A DNA stretch of 55,545 nt from a bacterium (GCA_043816765.1 JBDRHN010000065.1:1-55545); one strand, 5' to 3'; shown: positions 25,144 through 34,710, counted from the first letter of the stretch. A program made the numbers and translations. Notes: a model not told the origin generated them from the letters alone.

Positions 25144-26604
25144 TTATGTTTTTTGGTAAAAGTTGCTCAGAATGACATTGTATAACCGTTCGCGAACTTT
25201 TGTAAAAAATGGTCTTGTTTCCAATATTACTCTAATCTCATTAATTATAACCTCTCCTTTCGCTCTGTTCAAGTTTGGCGCGGAAATTATTATTTTTACT
25301 TTGTTATTTTCTTTATTGAGCGCAAGTAAATTCAAAACCGTTTTGCCGACTATCCAGCCATCGGATAAAATCGGCGGGTGATAATTGGCGATAATATAAT
25401 TAATTCCGTCTAAATTATCTTTTTTGTTTAAAACTTTTATTCTTGGATTAAAAAATTGTTCGGCGCCGAAGCTAAATAATCCGTCCCCTGAAATAAGTAT
25501 GCTTCCTTTGGGAATTTCAATATTATATCCGTTTTCCGCGTTTTCAATATCCTTTATATATTCAATATTAAGTTCCTGAATATCTAATTCTTGCCCGTCA
25601 ACTTTTACTGTCTGAAACCCAGAGGTGGAATTAACCGCAGCTTTAAACAGAGAAGAATTAGAAAAAAGACGAATAGAATATTGCGGATTTTCGCCATTGC
25701 AAAGATTTAATTTATTTACAAAGGCGATTAATTTTTGTTTGGTCTTTATTTTATTGATTAAAATATCATCGGGAAAAAGAAGGTTGATTTTATACAAACC
25801 GCTTTTTGGGTTTTCTAAATTTATTTTCCATTCTCTTGAATCATTTTTTGTTTTATTTTCGTCAACTATTCCATCGTCGGGAATGATCTGTTTTTTAATT
25901 AATTCCGAACCGCGGTAAATTTCAATCTCTCCCTCATCGCTTCCGTTGCGTTCGTTCAAATCTTCAATCCAAAAAGAAAAATCCATATCTTCGCCATCTC
26001 CTAAATATGTATAAAAACTATGCTGGCCTTTTAATTTTTGCTGAATCTCTAAATATTCATCGCTCTTTTCGTAATTTGGATAAATATATTCGTAAGGTAA
26101 ATTGTAATTAAAAACAGCGATTTCATCTATCAACGGCAAATTTTCAATAAATGAATCTATTGAATTATATTTTTTTTCTCTTTGCAATAAAATTGTCTCT
26201 CCTTTTTGCGTCTTATCCCACTTGCCGATTAGTTCGTCAATTATCAAATTTTGCATAGGCTGTATCTGAAAATTCCAAATATTTTTACTAGCCAGCGCGC
26301 CTATTTCAATAATCGGCCGAGCTTTGCTTTGATAAGTCATTTGAATTGTTGCGGTCTGATAATTTGCGGGCAATTCCAAATCAAAATAAACAGGATCAAT
26401 TTTTATTGTCTGGGAATGCTTGCCGTCGGTCTTGCTGATTTCGCTTAGTCTGCCTATTGGATACAAATGACTAATAAAAGCGTTTGGTTTTTTAAAATCA
26501 TAAACTATTTCCAGCTTGCCGTTTAGGGGAAATTGTTTATTGAATAAATAAAATAACGCCAATATTGGGATTAGTATTAAGATTGTTTTGATGTATTTAT
26601 ACAT
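25144..26604 (-). CDS. Hypothetical membrane-anchored extracytoplasmic protein
   Basis: 486 aa with an N-terminal TM (ILILIPILALFYLF). No motif I can recognise. Confidence 0.5.
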   Translation of the reverse strand: MYKYIKTILILIPILALFYLFNKQFPLNGKLEIVYDFKKPNAFISHLYPIGRLSEISKTDGKHSQTIKIDPVYFDLELPANYQTATIQMTYQSKARPIIEIGALASKNIWNFQIQPMQNLIIDELIGKWDKTQKGETILLQREKKYNSIDSFIENLPLIDEIAVFNYNLPYEYIYPNYEKSDEYLEIQQKLKGQHSFYTYLGDGEDMDFSFWIEDLNERNGSDEGEIEIYRGSELIKKQIIPDDGIVDENKTKNDSREWKINLENPKSGLYKINLLFPDDILINKIKTKQKLIAFVNKLNLCNGENPQYSIRLFSNSSLFKAAVNSTSGFQTVKVDGQELDIQELNIEYIKDIENAENGYNIEIPKGSILISGDGLFSFGAEQFFNPRIKVLNKKDNLDGINYIIANYHPPILSDGWIVGKTVLNLLALNKENNKVKIIISAPNLNRAKGEVIINEIRVILETRPFFTKVRERLYNVILSNFYQKT

Positions 26605-26708
26605 ATTAATAAAATACCTAAATTACAAATTATAATTACTAATAAAATTTCCAAATCAAAATGTCAAATTATTGGAAATTAGAAATTATAATTTAGAAAT
26701 ACAGTTTT

Positions 26709-28310
26709 TTAATTTTTATTTTTTTCAACCATTACCACATCAAACAGCCTCTCTCCTTCCCTGATTTTTTTTGCGTTGGTCAAATTAAGTTTATATTTAT
26801 TTAAAATTTTATTCAGATACAAAATATCTTGATCGCTGTTCCATGAATAATAATAGATAGGGCGCTTTTTTTCAAGTAATTTACTGATTTCGTTTAGCCT
26901 TTTGTCCCTCTCTTCGTCAATATTCTCAATAACTAACCTGTCCGGAAAAAACAGTTTATCGTAATAACCCGCGATAATAATTGAATTATTTTCCGTTAAA
27001 TTTAAAACGGCATTTTTAATTTCCGCATATTGCCCCAAAACATTACGCCCGATGCTTTCATCTGTCAATTTAAAAACAAAAAGAACATTGTAACTTATCA
27101 ACAAAGCTAACACGCACAGAAATATTGCGTTACTTTTTGCCATCCTTTTTTGTTTAATTTTCAATAACAGCATGGACAAAAAGGGCATTGAAAAAATATA
27201 GATGGGGAGCCAGTATCGCGCGTAAGATGTCCCTATTGTAATTTTTGTCGGGTCTGGATTGTCGTGAAAAGACCAACTTCCATAATAAAGTATTAAATAA
27301 ACAGAGCCGATTAAAAAAGCTATTAGATATTTTTTTTGTTTACTTTCCAGCTTTTTATAATTTTTTAATAGCAAAAAAATACCAAAGCACGTTGGCAGGC
27401 TTAGCCACCAAAACAGATAAATACCGTAGTTCCATGAATTGCGAAAGATATTTAAAACAGCGACGCGCAATGTGTTAAGTAACAACGAACTTCTAATTGA
27501 AGCGGATATTGAATTTGTGTCTATTGATTTTCCGATTGAGCTATAGCCGTTTGAAAGCGGATTTCCGTAAAGTTTATTGTTCAAAAAAAATATCGGAATT
27601 GATAAGACGAAAAGTATTAGAAAACAGATTATTGCCTGTTTTTTGCTTATTTTATCTTTGTTGAAAAAATACAGGATAATTAAAATTAAAACAACCCATG
27701 GAATTTCTGAATACCTCGCCATTAACGATAATCCGATAAATATGCTTCCCAAGATGATGTTTGCGCATTGTTTTTTGTTTTGGGCGTTAGAATTATTTTT
27801 AACAAAAAAATATATCCCCATAATTAAAAGACTGGCAAACAGAACATTGTGATACATTGAATGGGTTGAGTAATACCAAAAAGCGGGATTTATAAAAACT
27901 AAAACACTGGACAGAAAGGCGATTTTTTCGTCAAATATTTTTTTAATAATTTCATAAAAAAAGAGTACGCTTATCGCGGCTATGATTGGAGTAAAAAATA
28001 TGATGGCATTGGATCCAAAAATCTTACCCAAAAAACCGTAAATTAGCGGCATTCCTAAAAAACTTTGAGGGACGATTTTTTGATCTGCAACCGCCATGCT
28101 GCGCGGGTGAATAATATCGCTATTTTCTTTCAGCGGATAATCCAGCCTGCTTTCGCGGGCAAACAGGTTGGCGAAAAAATAATTGGCGTTTTCATCAGGA
28201 GAATTAAAAATAGTCCCTGCCCTAAAAGCTAGAAACGAATAGACAAAAACAAAAAAAATAGCTAGTATAATTAATATTTTTTTATTATGTTTTATTTGGG
28301 GTTGGTTCAT
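26709..28310 (-). CDS. GT-C fold glycosyltransferase, family 39-like (ArnT/PMT-like); start moved to MNQPQIKHN
   Basis: Multi-TM protein with a first-loop SPDENANYFFANLF (DE motif) and a C-terminal soluble domain. Confidence 0.6.
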   Translation of the reverse strand: MNQPQIKHNKKILIILAIFFVFVYSFLAFRAGTIFNSPDENANYFFANLFARESRLDYPLKENSDIIHPRSMAVADQKIVPQSFLGMPLIYGFLGKIFGSNAIIFFTPIIAAISVLFFYEIIKKIFDEKIAFLSSVLVFINPAFWYYSTHSMYHNVLFASLLIMGIYFFVKNNSNAQNKKQCANIILGSIFIGLSLMARYSEIPWVVLILIILYFFNKDKISKKQAIICFLILFVLSIPIFFLNNKLYGNPLSNGYSSIGKSIDTNSISASIRSSLLLNTLRVAVLNIFRNSWNYGIYLFWWLSLPTCFGIFLLLKNYKKLESKQKKYLIAFLIGSVYLILYYGSWSFHDNPDPTKITIGTSYARYWLPIYIFSMPFLSMLLLKIKQKRMAKSNAIFLCVLALLISYNVLFVFKLTDESIGRNVLGQYAEIKNAVLNLTENNSIIIAGYYDKLFFPDRLVIENIDEERDKRLNEISKLLEKKRPIYYYSWNSDQDILYLNKILNKYKLNLTNAKKIREGERLFDVVMVEKNKN

Positions 28311-28487
28311 TTTTATGCTAAAATTTAATTTATCATGGAGGGGGGGTAGATGCGAGCCCTCGCTCGCGTATGGAAAAGTCACCATGACTCCGCACTAAAA
28401 ACTTTCCCCTTAGCGCGGTTTCTAAATGTGATGTCCATAGGTGGAAGCGAGGGCTTCCACCTACCCAACACTTACAAGACTTAATTT

Positions 28488-30815
28488 ATGAAAACCTACC
28501 AAAAGTATACCATATTTACCTTTATATTAGGAATATTGGTTTTATTTGCATCTTATTCTACTACTGTTTCTGTGATTTTGCCAATTATTGGTCTAATTTA
28601 CATTATAACCGTCGCTTACTGTTTGGGCAAGTTCTTTTTTGATTGCCAAGAGTTAATAGAAAGAACAATACTAGGCTTGTTGATTGAGATTTTTGTCGTT
28701 ATGATAGTTGGTTCTGTTTTTTTCTACTGCTATGCGTTAAATAATGTTTTTTTTATTGCAACTACTCTCGGATTTCCGGTTTTAATATTTTTTTTGGAGC
28801 GTAAAAGCGTGAACAAAAAATGTTTGACTGCTTACCATCAACCCCCCCTCCGCCAGCTGGCGGACACCTTATCAGGGGGGTTACGCGAATTCCCCCCCAA
28901 CAAGGTGGGCAAGAGGGGGTTGATAGGGGGCGATTTTAGATTCAAATTTAGCAGATGCGCTGTAAAATTTGATTTATCATCGTTTATCTTAATTTCCACA
29001 TACCTAATTTCCACATCAACCCTTTTTTATATACTAATTTCCCATTCAACACTTCTGCCAATTAGAACGCCTTGGGAAGTCATTCCAAAATATTTTTTTG
29101 CCATTTTCTTCATCAACACACTCGCGCTCACAACAATACTCTTGGGCAAAAAAGATTTTAAAATAATAAATTATAAGTTAATTTTAACCTCAATCTATCT
29201 GTTTTTATTTTTTAACGTTGCTTATTTTATTTATAGGCTTGGTTATGGGTTTGACCCTTTTATCCACAGGGCAACACTAGATGTCATATTAAAAACAGGG
29301 ACAATCACGCCAAAGCCGTTTTATTATATTGGTGAATATAGTCTGGTATTTTATCTTTCAAAATTGCTTGGCGCAAATATAAACATCTTGGAAAAAATCC
29401 TTGTCCCTCTTTCGTCGGCTATTTTTTTACCCGCTGCTTTGTATTATTATTTAAATAAAAAATTTCAATCTAATAATAATTGGCTAATAATACTTTCTTT
29501 GCTTTTGATGCCTGTCGTTTTTCTGATTGTTACAACTCCGCAAAATTTAGCAAATCTGCTTTTAATTATTTTGATTATTTTTTCATTAAACTATTCGCGC
29601 TCCCCCGCGCCGCAATCCCCCGCCTCTCGGCGAGGAGACTGCGGCGGAGCGATGAATATTTTTTTAATTCTCAACGTACTCGCCATATTTTTTATTCACC
29701 CAATTTCAGGAATTCCCGCTATTTTATTTTTAATACTTTTATTTTTATGGCGCAAGGCCGCTAAGACGCAAGAAATACAAAATACTAAATTCAAAATACT
29801 AAATACTAAATACGGCAAATTATTCATAATTCTCACTTGCCTTGGATTGATATCTTTCCCAACTATTTGGCTATTTAATTCTATAATATCTCCGCAAACA
29901 GCTGTTACAATTAATTCAAAAATTTTAGCCGAGCTGATTTTATATTTGCAAAATTTAAAATTACTGTCATTTGGAAATTTGGAACAATTTAAAATTATCT
30001 TAAATATTATTTATTTTTTCTATTTTAATTTGCCGATAATTTTAATCGCTGTTTTTGTTTTTATTTTAAGAAAAATTTATCAAGAAAAAAAGGCTGTAGA
30101 ATATGTGCCATATTTAATATCTTTTCTAATCTTTTTTCTTAACTATTTAATTTTGAAAATATTTATAAATTTTGGATTTCTCATTGATTATGAGCAGGAT
30201 AATTACACAAACAGGGTCTTGCAAATATCTATTTTATTTTTGATTCCGTTCTTTTTGATTTTTATTGATAATTTTTGGGGGAAAGTTAGCCAGAAAAATT
30301 TTATAATTAAATATGTTCTAATCATAATTTTGCCAATCTGCCTTTGCGCGAGTCTTTATTTTACTTACCCGCGCCATGATAATTTTACTGCGAGCCATGG
30401 GTATAATACTTCAAAGTATGATATTATGGCGGTTGATTATATTGATAAAAATTCAAAAAAAGATTTTATTGTTTTGGCAAACCAGCAAGTTTCCGCCGCC
30501 GCGCTGCAAGAGTTTGGATTTAAAAAATATTATGACACTTGCAACGGAAAGCTGTTTTATTACCCCATTCCGACGGGAAACGCGCTTTACCAATATTATT
30601 TGGAAATGGTAAATAAAAAACCGGCCAAAGAAACGATGGAAAGCGCGATGAAATTGACCGACGTAAAAGAGGGGTATTTTATTGTGAATAAATATTGGTT
30701 TGAATCTAAGCGAATTGTTGATTTGGCAAAATTAGTTTCAGATGAATATGTTATAATCGGGGATGATGACGTTTATATTTTTAAATTTACTATGGCAAAT
30801 ACTCCAATGGATTAA
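28488..30815 (+). CDS. Large polytopic membrane protein with a C-terminal soluble domain (GT-C-like architecture; function unknown)
   Basis: 775 aa, more than 12 hydrophobic segments. Carries three GC-rich repeat insertions in frame. Confidence 0.55.
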   Translation: MKTYQKYTIFTFILGILVLFASYSTTVSVILPIIGLIYIITVAYCLGKFFFDCQELIERTILGLLIEIFVVMIVGSVFFYCYALNNVFFIATTLGFPVLIFFLERKSVNKKCLTAYHQPPLRQLADTLSGGLREFPPNKVGKRGLIGGDFRFKFSRCAVKFDLSSFILISTYLISTSTLFYILISHSTLLPIRTPWEVIPKYFFAIFFINTLALTTILLGKKDFKIINYKLILTSIYLFLFFNVAYFIYRLGYGFDPFIHRATLDVILKTGTITPKPFYYIGEYSLVFYLSKLLGANINILEKILVPLSSAIFLPAALYYYLNKKFQSNNNWLIILSLLLMPVVFLIVTTPQNLANLLLIILIIFSLNYSRSPAPQSPASRRGDCGGAMNIFLILNVLAIFFIHPISGIPAILFLILLFLWRKAAKTQEIQNTKFKILNTKYGKLFIILTCLGLISFPTIWLFNSIISPQTAVTINSKILAELILYLQNLKLLSFGNLEQFKIILNIIYFFYFNLPIILIAVFVFILRKIYQEKKAVEYVPYLISFLIFFLNYLILKIFINFGFLIDYEQDNYTNRVLQISILFLIPFFLIFIDNFWGKVSQKNFIIKYVLIIILPICLCASLYFTYPRHDNFTASHGYNTSKYDIMAVDYIDKNSKKDFIVLANQQVSAAALQEFGFKKYYDTCNGKLFYYPIPTGNALYQYYLEMVNKKPAKETMESAMKLTDVKEGYFIVNKYWFESKRIVDLAKLVSDEYVIIGDDDVYIFKFTMANTPMD
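28842..28930. repeat. Two degenerate C7/G6 elements in frame in the 775-aa membrane protein
   Basis: 28842-28880: C7-TC-[CCGCCAGCTGGCGG]-ACACC-TTATCA-G6. 28892-28930: C7-AACAA-GGTGGG-CAA-GAGGGGG-TTGATA-GGGGG. Together they encode PPLRQLADTLSGGLREFPPNKVGKRGLIGG. Confidence 0.8.
29596..29651. repeat. GC-rich imperfect palindrome (TIR family CGCTCC..GCCGCA / TGCGGCGGAGCG), in frame in the same membrane protein
   Basis: CGCGCTCCCCCGCGCCGCAATCCCCCGCCTCTCGGCGAGGAGACTGCGGCGGAGCG encodes (S)RSPAPQSPASRRGDCGGA. Confidence 0.85.
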
Positions 30816-32031
30816 TCGGTATTCCATCTTTTCTTACTTCAAAATGAAGATGCGGACCTGTTGTCATTGATCCTGCCCCTTTGGTTCCTGGCGTGCCGCC
30901 AACCGCGCCTATGATCTGCCCCTTTGCGATATAACTGTCTTGCTCTACATCAATGCGGCTAGTATGTCCATAGACTGTTGAAAGCCCATTTCCGTGAATA
31001 ATCATAATATAACTATAACCATAGCCGTTGTTTTTGGCTTTTGCCACATAGCCGCTTTCCGCGGCTTTTATGTTTGTCCCTTGATACGCCCTGATGTCAA
31101 TCGCCGGATGTTCAAAAATATGTCTGAAAGGATAATCAGGATCATGGAAATAGGCCGAGATTCCGCGTGTTGGATTAACTGGCCAGCTCAACTGAGCGTC
31201 TTGATTAATATCAAAACCATCTTCTTTTTTATTCATTTCCTGCAGTCGGCGCCTTATTGCGGCTTCTAGATCCATTATTTCTGAATTTACGCGATCCTGT
31301 TCTGTTTTAAGCTGGAAAATTGTATTTTGAAAATTTTTTTCCGAAAATTTTGTTTGAACCAATAAATCGCTTTTTGCTAAATTGCTCTCGGCAAGCATCT
31401 CTTCTTGCTGAAGCAATTTATTCTGCAAAGCGTCAAGCTCGTCTTTTTTATTTCTTAAGGTTAAAATATGCTGATCAAGCTCGCCCTTTTTTTCTTTGGA
31501 ATCTACTAATGTTTGACGCACCTGCACCTGTATGTCGTCCAGATAATTTAATTGATTAAAAAATGAAGAAAATGAATCGTTGACCGCTAAAATTTCCAAA
31601 AAATCTTGTTGTCCGTCTTTATCTATTATTCTTATAAATTCAGACAATCGCGCGTGATTTTTATTGATTTGCTCGACAGTCGCCGAAATTTGTCTGTTTG
31701 TTTTTTCTATTTCTAAATTTGTCTCTTCAAGCTGTTCTTTGGTAGCTTTTATTTTTAAATTATTTTTATAAATTTGATCGCCTAAAATTGAAAGCTGGTT
31801 TTTTAATGTTACTGATTTTTCCTGCGCAAGCTGTATATTTTTTTCATAAATCTCTATTTTTTCTTTTATTTTTTCTATATCTGTTTTTTTGTTTTCAATG
31901 CTTTTGTTTAATTCGTCTAAATTTTGAACCCCTTGAACTTCTTGGGCGATAATAAAATTAACAGTAAATAAAAATCCTATTAATAAAAAAAATATTAAAA
32001 TATATTTTGTCGCGTTTTTTTTGTTTGGCAT
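30790..32031 (-). CDS. M23 family peptidoglycan DD-metalloendopeptidase with an N-terminal coiled coil (EnvC-like architecture)
   Basis: HPAIDIRA, VYGHTS, GPHLHFEVR; a long coiled-coil N-terminal half; signal/anchor. Confidence 0.85.
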   Translation of the reverse strand: MPNKKNATKYILIFFLLIGFLFTVNFIIAQEVQGVQNLDELNKSIENKKTDIEKIKEKIEIYEKNIQLAQEKSVTLKNQLSILGDQIYKNNLKIKATKEQLEETNLEIEKTNRQISATVEQINKNHARLSEFIRIIDKDGQQDFLEILAVNDSFSSFFNQLNYLDDIQVQVRQTLVDSKEKKGELDQHILTLRNKKDELDALQNKLLQQEEMLAESNLAKSDLLVQTKFSEKNFQNTIFQLKTEQDRVNSEIMDLEAAIRRRLQEMNKKEDGFDINQDAQLSWPVNPTRGISAYFHDPDYPFRHIFEHPAIDIRAYQGTNIKAAESGYVAKAKNNGYGYSYIMIIHGNGLSTVYGHTSRIDVEQDSYIAKGQIIGAVGGTPGTKGAGSMTTGPHLHFEVRKDGIPINPLEYLP

Positions 32032-32078
32032 TGGCGTATTATATCAAAAATTATAATATATGGCAATTTGAATATTTT

Positions 32079-32106
32079 TAAAAAACCGCCGATGGCGGTT
32101 TTTTAA
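32079..32106 (-). terminator. Rho-independent (bidirectional) terminator after rplU
   Basis: A-run, ACCGCC-GAT-GGCGGT (32085-32099), T-run. The stem sequence is almost the same as in the terminator at 9821-9837. Confidence 0.75.
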
Positions 32107-32116
32107 AAATATTCAA

Positions 32117-32437
32117 CTAAGCAATTGCTCCGATTTCTACTTCGGTGAAATGTTGCTTGTGTCCAAGTTTTCGGCGATATCTCACTTTTGCTTTGTATTT
32201 GATTACTGTAATTTTTTTCGCGCGGGAATGACGCAGGATTGTCGCTTCAACTTTCGCGCCTTCTACTATCGGCTTTCCGATTTTAACGTCTTTTCCGTCC
32301 TCATCCGCGACAAGTAAAATCTCATTAAAATCCACCTTGTCGCCTGCTTCGCCTTTAATTTTTTCAATTTTAATTTTGTCTTTGCTTTTAACGTTATATT
32401 GCTTTCCGCCTGTTTTAATAACCGCTATTTTTAACAT
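32117..32437 (-). CDS. rplU: 50S ribosomal protein bL21
   Basis: 106 aa with AVIKTGGKQYNV...KYKAKVRYRRKLGHKQHFTEVEI. Confidence 0.95.
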   Translation of the reverse strand: MLKIAVIKTGGKQYNVKSKDKIKIEKIKGEAGDKVDFNEILLVADEDGKDVKIGKPIVEGAKVEATILRHSRAKKITVIKYKAKVRYRRKLGHKQHFTEVEIGAIA

Positions 32438-32492
32438 ATTGATAATATTAATTTTTAATATGTTCCTATTCTATGCGTTTTGTTCTGTTTTG

Positions 32493-33077
32493 TCAATACT
32501 TTATTATTTGAACTTCATCTCCAACTTTTAAATCATTATCTTTAACAAATTCCGCATTCACTTCCAAGACATAATTTATCCCCTCTTTTGACGTTGCTCT
32601 TTTTATATTCCCATTTTCCGGAATTAGCAAATTTTCGCTTATATCTATAATTTTATTGTCAGCTATCCAGATAATATCTATGGGGAAAAGCATATCTTTC
32701 ATCCAAAAAGTTCGTATTTCTTTGTCAAAATAAACAAAAAGCATTCCTTCATTTTCTCCCAGTTTTTCCCGTCCGCTTAGTCCTTGTATTTGCTCCTCTG
32801 GGGTTTCAACGACATCGGCTGTTATTGTTGTGTTATTAATTTTGATTTCCGCTTTTTTAATATTTTCATAATTATTATTTTTAACACCACAAGCCGAAAG
32901 AAAAAAAACTAGCATTATTGCGCAGAGCTGAACTTTGTTCGCTCCCCGCCAAACCCCCCAACCCCCCTTATCAGGGGGGCTATTTCGGATTCCCCCCTGA
33001 CAAGGGGGGCTAGGGGGGTTTGATGGAATACGAGATGAATTTTTAAAATTATTTTGCGGTAAATTATTTTTTTCCAT
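32493..33077 (-). CDS. DUF192 domain protein, probable lipoprotein; N-terminal 45 codons are largely repeat-derived
   Basis: GLSGREKLGENEGMLFVY...FWMKDMLFPIDIIW (DUF192), with the lipobox LSAC after a hydrophobic stretch. Confidence 0.7.
   Translation of the reverse strand: MEKNNLPQNNFKNSSRIPSNPPSPPCQGGIRNSPPDKGGWGVWRGANKVQLCAIMLVFFLSACGVKNNNYENIKKAEIKINNTTITADVVETPEEQIQGLSGREKLGENEGMLFVYFDKEIRTFWMKDMLFPIDIIWIADNKIIDISENLLIPENGNIKRATSKEGINYVLEVNAEFVKDNDLKVGDEVQIIKY
32954..33018. repeat. Two C6/G6 elements in opposite orientation, in frame at the 5' end of the DUF192 gene
   Basis: 32954-32979: C6-AA-C6-TTATCA-G6. 32992-33018: C6-TGACAA-G6-CTA-G6. The gene strand reads NPPSPPCQGGIRNSPPDKGGWGV. 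Confidence 0.9.
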
Positions 33078-33093
33078 TTTGATATTTCCATTT

Positions 33094-34113
33094 TTAATTT
33101 TTACTTTTTTTTCCCAAAAACCCCGCTATCAATGCCATTATTATAACTAAAAAAATTAAGACAAAAAACTTGCCTTTGCTTTGTAAAAATAATGTTGCGC
33201 CGCCGAATAGCGCGGTTAAAAAGTAATAGACTATGACGCCGTTTCTTTGTGAAAGTCCAATATCAATCAAACGATGGTGGAGATGTTTTCTGTCCGCAAC
33301 ATTGATTGCTCTTCCCTCTTTCCATCTTCGCAAAATAACCCAAATCAAATCAAGAATCGGGATTCCCATTATTAATAATGTTGTGGCGATTTTTCCTTTT
33401 GATAAAATCGCCATGCACGCGAGCAAAAATCCGCACAAAAGACTTCCCCCTTCTCCTAAAAAAATTTTCGCGGGATGAAAATTCCAAAATAAAAATCCGA
33501 CGCATGACCCAACCAAAATCAAAGCTAATGTCGCCACTTCCGGCTGGATAAAATATTTTTGAAAACTGGCAAAGAAAATAATAATCGCGCCAATGGCTGT
33601 TGTTCCCGCGACAAGTCCGTCTAGTCCGTCTAAAATTTTTGTGGTATACATCATTCCCATGATCCACAAAAAAGTTATTATCGCGCCAAAAATTAATCCT
33701 ATTTCAAAAAATCCTCCGAACGGGTTTGTGATGTAATCAATTTTTAGCCCGCTAATTACGACTGCTAGCGCGGCTAAAATCGGCGCTATTATAGACTTTG
33801 ATGGAGACAACTCGTATTTGTCGTCAAAGTAGCCCCCAATCATTAGAATAATCGCGCCGATTAGCATTGCTATGATAAACTTCTGCGAAACGGTTTGGCT
33901 TATGATATTTTTAAAATTTATAAAAGCAACGATAAAAAAACCGCCAAAAATCGCCAATCCACCTAAAAGCGGTGTTGGTTTATTGTGTATTTTTCTTTCG
34001 CCCCTGGGATGGTCTAAAATTTTTAATTTTAGCGCTAGTTTTAAAACTAGCCAGCTTAAAACAAACGAAAAGAGAATAGAAAGTATTAATGGTTGAATGT
34101 AATTATTTAACAT
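33094..34113 (-). CDS. MraY/WecA-family (GT4) polyprenyl-phosphate sugar-1-phosphate transferase
   Basis: 339 aa, about 10 TM, with HNKPTPLLGGLAIF, DDKYELS, LDGLDGLVAG and FLGEGGS. Confidence 0.8.
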   Translation of the reverse strand: MLNNYIQPLILSILFSFVLSWLVLKLALKLKILDHPRGERKIHNKPTPLLGGLAIFGGFFIVAFINFKNIISQTVSQKFIIAMLIGAIILMIGGYFDDKYELSPSKSIIAPILAALAVVISGLKIDYITNPFGGFFEIGLIFGAIITFLWIMGMMYTTKILDGLDGLVAGTTAIGAIIIFFASFQKYFIQPEVATLALILVGSCVGFLFWNFHPAKIFLGEGGSLLCGFLLACMAILSKGKIATTLLIMGIPILDLIWVILRRWKEGRAINVADRKHLHHRLIDIGLSQRNGVIVYYFLTALFGGATLFLQSKGKFFVLIFLVIIMALIAGFLGKKSKN

Positions 34114-34156
34114 TGGTTCTGGTTTTTTGTTTTATTGTTTTTGTGTTTTATTGCGA

Positions 34157-34702
34157 TTACCACGGAACATCTTTAAATCCCAATTTGTATCCGATTATAT
34201 TAATCAACGGATGCGCCACTAAAGCAAATCCCGCATAAAATACCCACATTTGCAAACTCACGGGTTTAATAATTGAAATAAAAATTCCGACGCCGATGAG
34301 CATATCAAGCTGATCCCATGGAAAAAATCTGTCTCCGGATCGGACATTAAAACGTCTTTTGATTAAACTTTTAATTGCGTCGCCAAATAATGCACCGAAA
34401 CCAAAAAGAAAACCAATCAAAATCACGCTCTCTTTTTGATAATTAATATAGCTAATGTTTGAAAAGCTACTATATTGATATAATAATTTTTGTATAAATA
34501 CAAATATTATAGCCGTTATGATGCCGACAAAAAAACCTCTCCATGTTTTATGCGAGCCAAGAATTGGCTTGCCGTTCCACTTTTTTCCTCCATCAACGGG
34601 TTTGGCGAGAAATTTTAAATAATTTTTACAACAAGCCGGCGCCATATTTGCGACCATTGCGGGCAGGGCGAAATAGATTGATGTTAAAATGAAATTGAAC
34701 AT
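34157..34702 (-). CDS. CDP-archaeol synthase (CarS, PF01864/DUF46)-like CTP-dependent membrane enzyme
   Basis: 181 aa, about 5 TM, with PAMVANMAP, GSHKTWRGFF and GALFGDAIKSLIKRRFNVRSGDRFFPWDQLD. These match the CarS-family signature regions. Confidence 0.7.
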   Translation of the reverse strand: MFNFILTSIYFALPAMVANMAPACCKNYLKFLAKPVDGGKKWNGKPILGSHKTWRGFFVGIITAIIFVFIQKLLYQYSSFSNISYINYQKESVILIGFLFGFGALFGDAIKSLIKRRFNVRSGDRFFPWDQLDMLIGVGIFISIIKPVSLQMWVFYAGFALVAHPLINIIGYKLGFKDVPW

Positions 34703-34710
34703 AACTTTAG

